Of a stretch of 64,000 bases of DNA, positions 35,087-46,058 are shown piece after piece. Origin of the DNA: Toensbergia leucococca (lineage: Eukaryota); assembly GCA_022813965.1 (NCBI GenBank), contig JALDZS010000089.1, positions 1-64,000 on the forward strand, written 5' to 3'. The translations under genes were made by a program, and so were the position numbers. The notes below the pieces were generated by a model. It was not told the origin of the DNA, ran no database searches, and saw nothing but the letters and a program-made list of their open reading frames with translations. How positions within the stretch are numbered: position 1 is the first letter of the stretch; each line of letters starts with the position of its first letter.

Positions 35087-38000
35087 ATGAGCTTCACTAA
35101 TGTAGAGCAACGACCTGTAAAGAAGAGGCGCTTCTTTATCGATGAATCCCCTGTGGTAGATCAACCTCTGTACTCAGAGCCTTCACTTCCAGACGAACTT
35201 AACGCCTTACCAGAGGCATCGCCCAGCATACGCACGAGACAAAGCTCCAACGAAGGATCCCGTCTCCCCTCGAGTCAGACCGACATTACCCCCCCCAGCC
35301 ACGCCGAGTTGTCTTTCGATAAGAGTCCCACTGGCTTTAACCGCAAGCTCTTCGCCAGCTTCGTTGGAGAAGATGTTTCGGAGAATGTCATGCAAAGGCT
35401 ACGAGAATTGGCTGGGGATGATATGGAGCGTGCAATCAATGTCTATCTTGATGGATCTTGGATGGATACCCCAGTACCACAGCCTTCTTCGCTATCCATT
35501 ATGGCTGCCTTCAACTCTGGAGCTAACGTTCCACCTTCAAATGCCCGGGAAGCAAAATCGAGTGAACGGCCTGACTTGAATGCCCTGAAAGAGCCGAGGT
35601 TGCTTGATTCGATGCCAGACTACAGATATGTAGGTGCCTTTGGAGTTGGTGCTTGGGCGACGCGGAGTGGAATCAACTTGGTTAAGCATGGGGAATCCGT
35701 CAAAATCGAGCGGACCAAAATTAAGCCTCCAGTCAAAATGGGAAGGGGTGGGAAAATCATTCAGCCCTCAAAGACCAGTGCAGCTAGAATGCGTACAGAC
35801 ATCATCGTGAGGTTCACGAATGCAAAAGGGGAAGAAGTGGGCAGATTGCCTAAAGACACTGCAGCATGGGTTTCAACATTAATGGACCAAAAGGTATGCC
35901 GACTTGAAGGAATCTGCGTATTTATTCCTGATAGGGTACGAGTCAACGACACAATTTATCTGCAATTAAGGTGCTCTTTATTGAAACGAGCTTTCGAGGC
36001 TGGGGGCTTTATCAAACCAGAAGATAATAATCGTACCACGGGTATCTTTGAGGAAAAGGAAACATCTGAGGAGAAGGACCTGAGACTACGCCAAGTAGCA
36101 TTAGTAAAATTGTTTGATGAGATCAATCTGCATCCGTCTACAGCCAATGAAGTTACAGTAAAGCACAAGCGCCAAGGGCTTTTACAAGCTGCTGAGATTG
36201 CAGAACAAGACGACAAGCATGATAATACTAAGACCGTCGGACCATCACAGACCGATGGCTCGTCTCCTACAGCCAATGATGAAGCAGAAGACGGCAAAGA
36301 GTTGGAACAAGATCAGCTAGATACCCTATATAAGAAGGCCCAATCCTTTGACTTCGATACTCCTGTCCGAGAACCTGTGGACAGCTTTGTTATGGATCTC
36401 CGGAAATACCAAAAGCAGGCGTTGCATTGGATGATGAGTAAGGAAAAAGACGAGAAATCCGATAGCAAAGAACGATCTATGCATCCTCTTTGGGAAGAGT
36501 ACTTGTGGCCAACGAAAGACGTAGACGATAAAGACGTTCCCACCGTTGCCAACCAGACCAGCTTCTACGTTAATCCTTATTCCGGTGAATTGTCTCTAGA
36601 GTTTCCCTTCCAGGAGCAACATTGTCTAGGTGGTATCTTAGCTGATGGTGCGTTTCTCATCTTCCGGTGTGATGCATTTACTGACAATTTTAGAAATGGG
36701 CTTGGGGAAGACCATCGAAATGCTCAGTCTCATGCATACGCACAAATCACAAATATCCATGCAAGCTTCAGAAGATGGCCCATCATCAGTCAACAATTTG
36801 CCTAGACTACCCCAGAACTCTTCCTCTGTCGAAGCAGCACCCTGTACTACCCTGGTCGTAGCGCCGATGTCACTGCTGGCCCAATGGGAAAGCGAAGCAG
36901 CCAAAGCTTCTAAACAAGGTACCTTAAAGACTATGATGTACTATGGAAGTGAGAAGGCAGCGAATTTGCAAAATCTATGTTGTCAAGCTAACTCGGCATC
37001 TGCTCCGAATCTTGTCATCACCAGCTATGGTGTTGTACTCTCAGAATTCAATCAGGTAGCTGCTCGTGGCGGAGATCGTGGCTCACACGGCGGACTCTTT
37101 TCCCTCAACTTCTTCCGCGTCATCCTCGATGAAGCACACTATATCAAAAACAGACAGTCCAAGACGGCAAAGGCTTGCTATGAGATCAACGCTCAACATC
37201 GATGGGTTCTCACAGGAACACCCATCGTAAATCGCCTAGAAGATCTGTTCAGTCTAGTCCATTTTCTTCGCGTTGAACCCTGGTCAAATTTCTCCTTTTG
37301 GAAAACCTTTATCACCGTCCCTTTCGAATCTAAGGACTTTATACGTGCCCTTGATGTTGTGCAAACGGTTCTCGAGCCTCTCGTACTCCGACGCACCAAA
37401 GACATGAAAACTCCTGACGGAAATCCCCTTGTCCCTCTTCCACCTCGTATCATCGAAATCGAAGAAATTGAGCTCTCAAAACAAGAACGAGAGGTTTATG
37501 ACTATATCTACACACGCGCCAAACGTACCTTCAACGCCACCATTGAAGCTGGCACACTGTTAAAATCATACACCACCATATTTGCACAGATACTTCGCCT
37601 CCGCCAATCATGCTGCCACCCTGTCCTTACACGTAACAAAACCATTGCTGCAGAAGAAGAAGAAGCAGAGGCGGCCTCGGACATTGCCAACGGTCTTGCA
37701 GATGACATGGATCTACAAGAGCTCATCGACCGTTTCACTTCTGAATCGGCAGATCAAGACATGACCAAGAAATTCGGCGCCCACGTCCTCCAACAGATCC
37801 AAGACGAAGTAGGCAACGAATGCCCCATTTGCTCCGAGGAGCCCATGATCGAACCTGCAGTAACAGGCTGCTGGCACAGCGCGTGCAAAAAGTGCCTTCA
37901 AGAGTATGTCGAGCACCAGAAAGCCAAGCACGAACTTCCACGCTGCTTCTCCTGCCGCGAACCCATCAACCAACGCGACATCTTCGAAGTAATCCACCAC

Positions 38001-38702
38001 CGGCCTTCGTCTCCCTCTTCGGATCTCTACACCGCCACCCCTCCAACGACAACAACCTCTACCCCTCCAACCCCCCGCATCTCCCTCCAACGCACCGGCA
38101 GCGCCTCCTCCGCCAAAATTGCCGCCCTCCTCAGCCACCTCAAAACCACTCCCCACACCTCTCCCCCCACCAAATCCGTCATCTTCAGCCAATTCACCTC
38201 TTTCCTCTCCCTCATCGCCCCCGCCCTCGACAAAGCCCGTATCCCCCACCTTCGCCTCGACGGCACCCTTTCCCAAAAAGCTCGCGCCGCCGTCCTCGCC
38301 GACTTTGCAGCCCACAAGGGCAATTGCGTGCTGTTGATTAGCTTGAGGGCGGGCGGGGTGGGGCTGAATTTGACGAGTGCGAGGCGGGTGTTTATGATGG
38401 ATCCGTGGTGGAGTTTTGCCGTTGAGGCGCAGGCGATTGATCGGGTGCATCGGATGGGGCAGCTTGCGGAGGTCAGGGTTGTGAGGTTTGTGGTGCGGGA
38501 AAGTATTGAGGGGAGGATGTTGAGGGTGCAGGAGAGGAAGAAGTTTTTGTGAGTTTTTTGGTCTTTTTTTCCTCCACCCCCTCCCAACCACCTCCCCGCC
38601 CCCTTTTTGTCTTTTCTTTCTTCCTTCAAATCGTCTTGTGGTGGGGTGGGGGTTTTGGTGCTCTTTTCTTTCACTCTCTCTTTCTCTCTCTTTCTCTCTC
38701 TC

Positions 38703-38735
<33 letters not shown>

Positions 38736-38846
38736 CTCTTGAGATTGGGAGATGCTGACTTTTGCAGGGCGAGTTCGTTGGGCATGATGAGCGAGGAGGA
38801 GAAGAAGATGCAGCGCATCGAGGATATCAAGGAGTTGCTTAGCTAG
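35087..38846 (+). CDS. RAD5: DNA repair helicase / RING E3 ligase Rad5, 3 exons
   Basis: HIRAN domain (IVRFTNAKGEEVGRLP), GGILAD|EMGLGKT, DEAH, RING (CPIC...CWHSACKKC...CFSC), QAIDRVHRMGQ; introns ~36648..36694 and 38549..38768. Confidence 0.97.
38672..38740. repeat. (CT)n/(CTTT) microsatellite within RAD5 intron 2
   Basis: ctctctctttctctctctttctctctctctctct... pure pyrimidine run. Confidence 0.9.
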
Positions 38847-39244
38847 TGACTGCCCCGGGGAGAAAGGGAGAGTGGGAATATCCTTTCTGGGAGCTGGAGG
38901 TGATGATGCGTGGGAAACAGGCTGATTTTGATTTTGGGGGGTTTGCGGTGTTAGCACAGCAAATGGACGCAGTATATAGGATAGCTTTTTTGCATTGGGG
39001 ATGTGCTGCTTCTTGATTGCAGTCGAGCACGGACACATGGAGCAAGATGGGATTTATTTCAATGGCAGAAGAAAAAAGGTTCGCAGTGGCATCGTATAGA
39101 CACATCCGCAAAACCTTATCATGCACGCCCGTTCAGTTTCTAGATACAAGAAAGACTGCTGATTCGCATGTTTTCAAGAGCTCTTCTCAGCAAATTGCCG
39201 TTCCACGGCCATTCGACCGCAAAACAACCTCCCCCTAACCCTCT

Positions 39245-40626
39245 CTATTTCTTCCCGATATGCAACTTCTCCTTGATCTTGTCCCCAAGGCTAGGCTTGC
39301 CAGGCGACGACTCCATTGGATCGGCCTTGCTGGAGCTGGTGGCTGAAGTCTCTGGCACAGAAGAATGGCTAATGCCTTTTTGCTCCATGAGACCTGCAGT
39401 GGATCGAGAGGAGTTAGCACATCGTTCGGAAACACCACAAATACCATCAGCTCATCAAAGGGAATGAAATAACATACGATCAGCTTCCGTCCCCGCCCCG
39501 GGCTTTGCGGCATCAAAGTTTCCACCGTCGGCGGCGAAGCCTGTGCTGCTCGTTGCTGCGGCTCCCTGGGCGGCGCCACCGGCTTGTGTGTCCTCGACCA
39601 AGGCTTTCTCGCCGCCTATGGCTTCGGTTTGTCCTCCGATTGGCTCATCTAGGGGCTGAGCGCTTCCTTGTTGGGTTGAGATGGGGTCTGAGGTGGTGGA
39701 TGGGACCGTGGGGTCTAGGCCGCTTGACCCTAGGGAGGAGTCGGTGAGGCCGGTTGTCTTCGTGCTGTCAGTGGGGTCGGCATAGGTGCTGGACTGATTG
39801 CCGAGGCCGGAGGTATCGTCTGTGGTGGTGGCAGTGTAATTACCACCAGTGGTGTTGCCAGCTGAGAGAGATTTATCGTAGTCGCCGGTTGTTCCTGACT
39901 GGCCGGGGGAATACGACGACAGACCACCATCGGTCGAAGATCCTAGACGTGGTGCAGTGGTGGATTCAAGGTCGTTGGGCCCAAACTTGGGCTTCCCATC
40001 CCCGTCAGAGTCTACGCGTGGATCGAGCTTATTGGCAATAGAGGTTGCATGGGGACCTTCATTTTTTGGGTCTGGTCCACCACGGTCACGACCGAAAGTG
40101 TTTTCTGCACCGGTGGTGGAGTCTTCAGTCCCAGAGGTAAGGGCCCCAAGGGCGCCTTGCGCACCAGTATCACCCTGATTCATGCTGGTACCTGTATTGA
40201 GAGGTGATCGAGTGTCGGATGCTGCGGTAGGGGCAAGTCGTGCGTTTTCTGGTAGACATGAGATATTAGCACAAGTCTCTGGGAAGTTGTTATGCAAGTC
40301 TTGAAACTGTGCAGCAATTTCACAGGCAAATCACAGGCAGCTTGACAGCTAAGGTTCTTTGATGTGCAGCAAGAGACAGTAATGATGAGACTCGGGAAGA
40401 CGTGACGACTTGAGTCGTCTCAGAGACTTTGAACAATGTGGAACAGGAGATACACTGGTGTTAGTGCAAAGAATGATTTACCGGTCTCATTGTTTCCGGC
40501 ATCATAAGGCTCCGATACTGTGCCACTTCCAGTCTGACCAGAAACAGGTTCTTGATCAGACTGAGAGTCAGCGGCACCGAAGACAACCTTACTGGCTGCG
40601 TTGGCAGCGTTGCTAAGGCTCTGCAT
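39245..40626 (-). CDS. Fungal dehydrin-like (DPR-motif) Gly/Thr/Ser-rich hydrophilin, 3 exons
   Basis: EPVSGQTGSGTVSEPYDAGN, GPHATSIANKLDPRVDSD (DPR motif), STGFAADGGNFDAAKPGAG and C-terminal SLGDKIKEKLHIGKK*; introns 40481..40249 and ~39478..39394. Confidence 0.75.
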
Positions 40627-41665
40627 GATGCGCTGTTTTGGTGAGATAGTGTCGGAAAGAAAGGTGATGTAAAGAAATCCTGTGGTTCAAGAACAGGTTC
40701 AGAGCTGTCTCTGCAGTATGGAATCAAGCTACACTTACTGTGAGTGATGTTCGTGTTAGAATTAGTTCTGTTATGAACTTGTGATGAAGAGAAAGTACAG
40801 TGACGTGGATGTGAAGTTGCATGAAGTGTTCAAGCAGCTAGGCGGCTACGTAATGTGTACCTAGATACTGCCCATCACTGTTATTTTCATGCTTTTGTGT
40901 GATTGATCAGCTTCTTCAAGACTTTCTCTCAAGTGCATCTCAGTAAGCAAGAGTACTTTACAGAGCGATACTTGCACACTCCGCTTCACATGAGAAGGCG
41001 CATCATGATTCAATGATTTTATAGATGACATGCCCGTTTATTGATACTTACCCCTCACTAGAATAATCATGGAGTGGAGGGGCAGTTCTCATGACGTAGC
41101 GCTTGCATTATGTTTCGTTAGATACCTTATCTTAGCCCTAAAGAAAAGGGGAATACCAAGTTTCAAGAAAAATTGAAGTGAGAAGGTGTGGATGAATTAG
41201 AAGGAAAACAAGCAAATAGATCTGAGTAGAACAGACTGCATCTTTATACGTTCTACGGAGTAACCTTTATCTCTTTTCTTTTCTTATCATATACCCCTTT
41301 TCTCCCTTTCACACCGTCCACCTTTTTTTTCAATAGAAAAATCATAAACTTCTCTCTCTTACTCTCACTCCAGCAACACACGAAGAAAATGCATCCATTC
41401 ACTCATCTCATATCAAAAAATACCAGGAAAAATCCTACGTTTGCTGCGGGGAGCTTCCTTTGGAGTCAGAGTCGATTGTGAGTTTGATAGAGTATTACGA
41501 ATACTCGTACAAAAAGATATGCCTGCCATAGCAATCGAATACAGGGGTATATCGTGTATCACCTCCTTCTCGTCAAAAGGGCAAGAAATAATCCGCCCTC
41601 TTGAAAGCCACTCTCAGCTTCACCAAACACAGCAAAACACAAGTGGTCTCCCCAAATCCAAGCCA

Positions 41666-43101
41666 TCAATTCACCATCACAGGCTCCTCCTCACCTAACC
41701 CCGCCTCCAAAACTTCGTCCTCGACACCCATCGCCTGCTCCCTGCCCTCGCTTCCAGCATACCACCCCTGATCCACCCACCCAGCAAGCACCTCCTTGGC
41801 CCTTTCAGCCATAACAAAATAACCCGGATTATCCTTCGGATAGAACATACTCATATGCGCCACCGTCTCGTCTCTAGCCTTCTCATTCACGCTCGCCTCC
41901 CACCAATCACCCCCGCCCCTAATTTTCCCCTTTTCCTTGGCAGGAACGACGCAAAACATTCTCTTTTGCCCTAGAGACCCCGCCTCCGCCAAAGCTCCCT
42001 TGGTCCCGATGGCTCCTTTTCCAAGCACAGTGACCAAGTTCCGGAACCCGATGCTCCGTTCCTGCCGCATCAACGATACTTTCTCCACCCTCTCTTTCAG
42101 CTCTTCTCCGCGCATCAAACATCCTACAAACTCTAGGTGGCTCCCCACCCAGCTCCAGCCCTCAGTAATTGTGTCCCGATTCACGTACGCTGCCGCGCCA
42201 CCCGCAGCTACGGCCCCCGCCGCTCCCGCAAACATGGCGTACTTGCCCCAGCGCTGCCACGCTGGTACAGCGGCAGCATCCGTATCACCAGCCGTCATGC
42301 TCGCGGCCATGGCTTCCTTGGCGGATTCGGGGCCAGGAGGCAGTGCTTTGGGAGGAATTTGTTGCCGCTTGGGGGACGTAGCATCATTGGCGCCATAGCC
42401 AAAGACGGAGGCTATCTCTGAAAGAGTGGAGTAGGCGGTTGTGGCCGTCTTGTAGTGGGTTTCTGCACCGTGGGCGATAACGCTGGGGGCGATGCCGAGA
42501 TAGGGAGTATCGAAGGCGAGGATGCCTTGGATGTAGGGGAACATGAAGGGATGGGTGGATGGACTGGGATCTCTGTTCAATTCTTGAGAGCTGGATTGGC
42601 TGTCTTTTCGGGTTGTTGAAGCGACTGGCGGAACAGGGTCATCGGAAGTTATGGAGAGGAGGGTCTCGGCGGCGACGATTCCGCCCATTGAGTGGCCAAT
42701 CAGGACTGTGCGGACGCTGGGGTCGATAGTCGGAGAAGGAGTAGATGCGGAGACTTCTAGATCGATAACGACGTTTTGAAGCCTAGAAGTAGGATGAGAC
42801 GTTTAGCAATAGCAGTAGATATACGACAAGTGTATTGGGGGTGTCTACGCAACTTACCATTCTCTAAATCTTGCGACGCATTCATTCAAGTCACCCCGAG
42901 TCTCGAATTTTGGATAGGTCACTGCTACGACGGAGATGTTGGGCAGGGCGTGGCTGACGAGAGCGCGGAGATGCTCCGGAAAGCCGCCAAAGGTGTCATC
43001 GCCTCCCTAGTAGAATTAGTTTGTAAAATGTCGTTGAGAAAGGGAGAGTTCGAGTATACCTTGAATCCATGGATGAAACATAAGAGCAAGGACTTGTGCA
43101 T
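41666..43101 (-). CDS. Alpha/beta hydrolase (DUF676-like putative serine esterase), 3 exons
   Basis: MHKSLLLCFIHGFK|GGDDTF, nucleophile elbow GHSMGG, GILAFDTPYLG, AHMSMF. Confidence 0.85.
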
Positions 43102-43370
43102 ACTGAGGGTTGTTTCTAGGTGTCATGATGGACGAGTAAGGCGTTGCATCATACCTCGGTGCTTCGTGTTTGACAGGTGACAGGTATTGGTATTTGGTAC
43201 CCGGTCAAGCTAGTCCCTCAAAGAGTTTTGAGTGAGATCACGGCGTCTGTCAGAAGAATTGATTAGATTCGCTTGTTCCCGTCGAAAATCGTTGAAACCC
43301 CATGACATCGAAATCCTACCTACGAGCCTAAGGTACCTAGTGAGCTAGTTTAATAAACCATCTAAAAGGT

Positions 43371-43392
43371 TACCTACCTACCTACCTACCTA
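43371..43392. repeat. (TACC)5 microsatellite
   Basis: tacctacctacctacctaccta. Confidence 0.85.
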
Positions 43393-44022
43393 GTACCTTA
43401 AGCCATTCAATTACCGTATACACACTATCACCACGTGTGAATTTGCTGCATACACTTGAAATTTCATTTGCTCATCACTCATGTACTCTAACAGACCATT
43501 CATAATCACTCATCATTCATCCAAGGTCCCGAGTCTCAATGCTAAAGGGGCCAAGGCACCCTCGACCTGAATCTGCTCATGAGCTTCAAACAAATTAGTT
43601 GACCTAGTAAACCTAATATTTAGTGAATCAGGAGCACGGCCAACTACACTGTTAATCAATCTTTGTGATTAGGTACTTAGGCAACTGGTACTTCATTTAT
43701 TTGGTGAAACATAGCAGAGTCTTTCTAAGCTAAACCCACTTGTGGATGGGGGCTGAACACCCTGCCAAAAGCTATTTTATCTGAATCCGGTGGATGTGCC
43801 GAACATCTCTTCCAAAACGCCCGTGTACTCGTTCCGCCACGGTGAGCATCATGCAAAGCCTAGTAAATGCTCATTCCTAAAAGCGCCAACGCTATGCTGC
43901 TGATAAAGCTTCCAATAATGCAATTGAAACGCAAATGAAAAACTGAATGTTTTGAATCCTCTCATGCTCGAAATCTACCTCGAAAGAAAACTCGCTAAAT
44001 ACAACGCTAAAATTATACATTT

Positions 44023-46058
44023 TTACCAAGAAAAAGTTGTAGGTGTGTGTGCCTGCGGTTGCGGAGGGTGTGGAATTAACGAAGAAGACCAGTAGTCATG
44101 GGAAGAATATGGAAGAATGCCCGTTTTTTGTTCGCTCAAAGGTTTTCCTAGGGGCTGATAGTGCATTTGGTTGAACCTCACATTCTCTGGGGCGTGATTC
44201 ATCGACGCTGACGGAGGTGGAACAAGTAAAGTATTCACCCCCCGTAGTGGTTTGTAAGGTGAATTGCGTGTTTCTGAAGAAAACCCAGAAGGTGAAAGAT
44301 TTGTTGGTGTATATCGTGATTGGGGGAAGCTGCCGGTAGTCGGCGAGGATGTTGCTGATGCCATGCTGTACGATGCTGTTCTGTATGGCTGCTCATTCAT
44401 AGGTGGGAAAGGTCCCAATTGGGACTGAGATGGAGGTTGCGATGAAGGTAACATGCCATTTTGCGGCCAGTGGCTACTGATTCCTGGGTAAACATTCGAC
44501 ATGGCTCGAACGGGGGGGAGAGGCAATTTAGCCGAAGAGGATCCGACAATTCCACCAAGGTGATTATGATTAGTAGATATTGAGAGGTTCGGAACCGGTA
44601 GTCTTGGGATTGGTATCGTTGGAGTGATTCCTCGGAGTGTTGAAGGAGTCATGGTTGTACTTGAAGTTGCTGATGGAGCTTGAGACGAAGCAAATCTCTT
44701 CGCGGCTGGTTCTGGGTCAGATTCGTCATAGCTTCGTTTTCGAACAAAGGGTTTCAGTGGAACTTCTGGCAGAGCTTGGACCGGCGTCGAATTGGTGGAG
44801 CCAAGGTAAAGCGGCATAGAAAGTGGGTGAACATGCCCGGTGTTGGATTGATTGGCCATAAACAGTGGCGACGGATGCTGCGAAGTTGGCGGGGACGGAA
44901 GGGTTGGAGGGAGATGGAAAGACTGGGATGGCAGACCAATGGTTCTGGGGGAAACCTCCAACGGTGTCCTGGAAGCCTTGTCAAAATAGGTCCAGAACTT
45001 CCCCAATTTGACATGCCACGCATCCCACTCCTTTGTAGACGTATAAAGGGAATATCTCATATTGCTGAGAAATTCAAGTTCCATGATGTTGATCTCCTGG
45101 ACGGATATTCCTGAAACTTCCGCCCAAGTCTTGTTGGTGTAGGTGTTGTCATCAAGAACTACGATAAATCAGCATGTAGGGGTTCACTGATTGAATGACA
45201 TACGCACATTTATTTCCCAGCATTAGAGCAACTGTCAGTAATCGAAATTCACTTCCCAGTTTCCCTTTCACCGTTGGGTTGAGCTTCTTCAATCGATAAA
45301 TGAACAGCAGAGCTAAAAGAATGACATTTTGTGTGACCTGAGTTGTCGACAGAATAGTTGTGACCCATTTCCTGAAACCTATCGAAGGCATGGCCTCAGC
45401 CACAAGCGGTGTAGTTGGCATTGGGGGTGTCTTGGACTCTTCAACCCGGTGGAGAGTAAAAGAGGATTCAAACCAGAACAGGCAAGTTATCTAGACACGG
45501 TTAGGAAATGGACTCTCAAATCCAATATATTCAGAGACATACTCGAGCTGTAAAATCCGAAAGGCTTCCTTTACTGCTACTGATCGACTCTGGTATCTGA
45601 AGATATGTTGCTATACTATTCCCATCGCCGGAATTTTGCCGTCTTGAGGGTTGCTGGTGGATGACAGCATTCTCGTTCGGGCTTGAGTTTGGATGTTGAT
45701 TCCCATGGTGGTATGTTGGCCTCGGTTGAGTGACAGGTCTGCCGTTGAGGTGGTTCCCCGTGTGGGCTTGGTATGGAGCAGGGTATGACTTGACGGCCGG
45801 GATACTCTTGTACTGTGTTCCTCCATGTTTAGATATTTGTGCGTTATGGTCCACTCCGCTCATGTCTCGTGGAGGTGTTTGTAAACCAAGTTGAATCAAT
45901 GATCTGACAATGTCTCCTCGATTGGTCCGGTCCAGTCTTGGACAATAAATCTCGAGGTCTGACGGGCACTGTGGCAGCGGAGGTTGAGGTTCCTTTGGTA
46001 TCGGGAGGTCCAGCACTACTCTTGAAGGCATAGAGAAGGGCCGCTGCACTTCGACCAT
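44023..46058 (-). CDS. CLG1: Pho85-type cyclin, Clg1-like, 3 exons (start uncertain)
   Basis: YLQIPESI...GSLSDFTAR|ITCLFWFE, FRKWVTTILSTTQV...GSEFRLLTVALMLGNK|FLDDNTYTNKTWAEVSGI...MELEFL; introns 45542..45491 and 45207..45159. Confidence 0.85.

Noticed and set aside
37713..39038. 441-aa and 267-aa antisense ORFs over the RAD5 3' end
   Set aside because: Produced by codon skew and the (CT)n microsatellite (ERERE runs).
40455..40481. Stwintron-like nested intron (GTAAAT...CTAAC..CAG)
   Set aside because: The internal unit is only 27 nt, the reconstituted donor GTGTAT is poor, and the frame would break.
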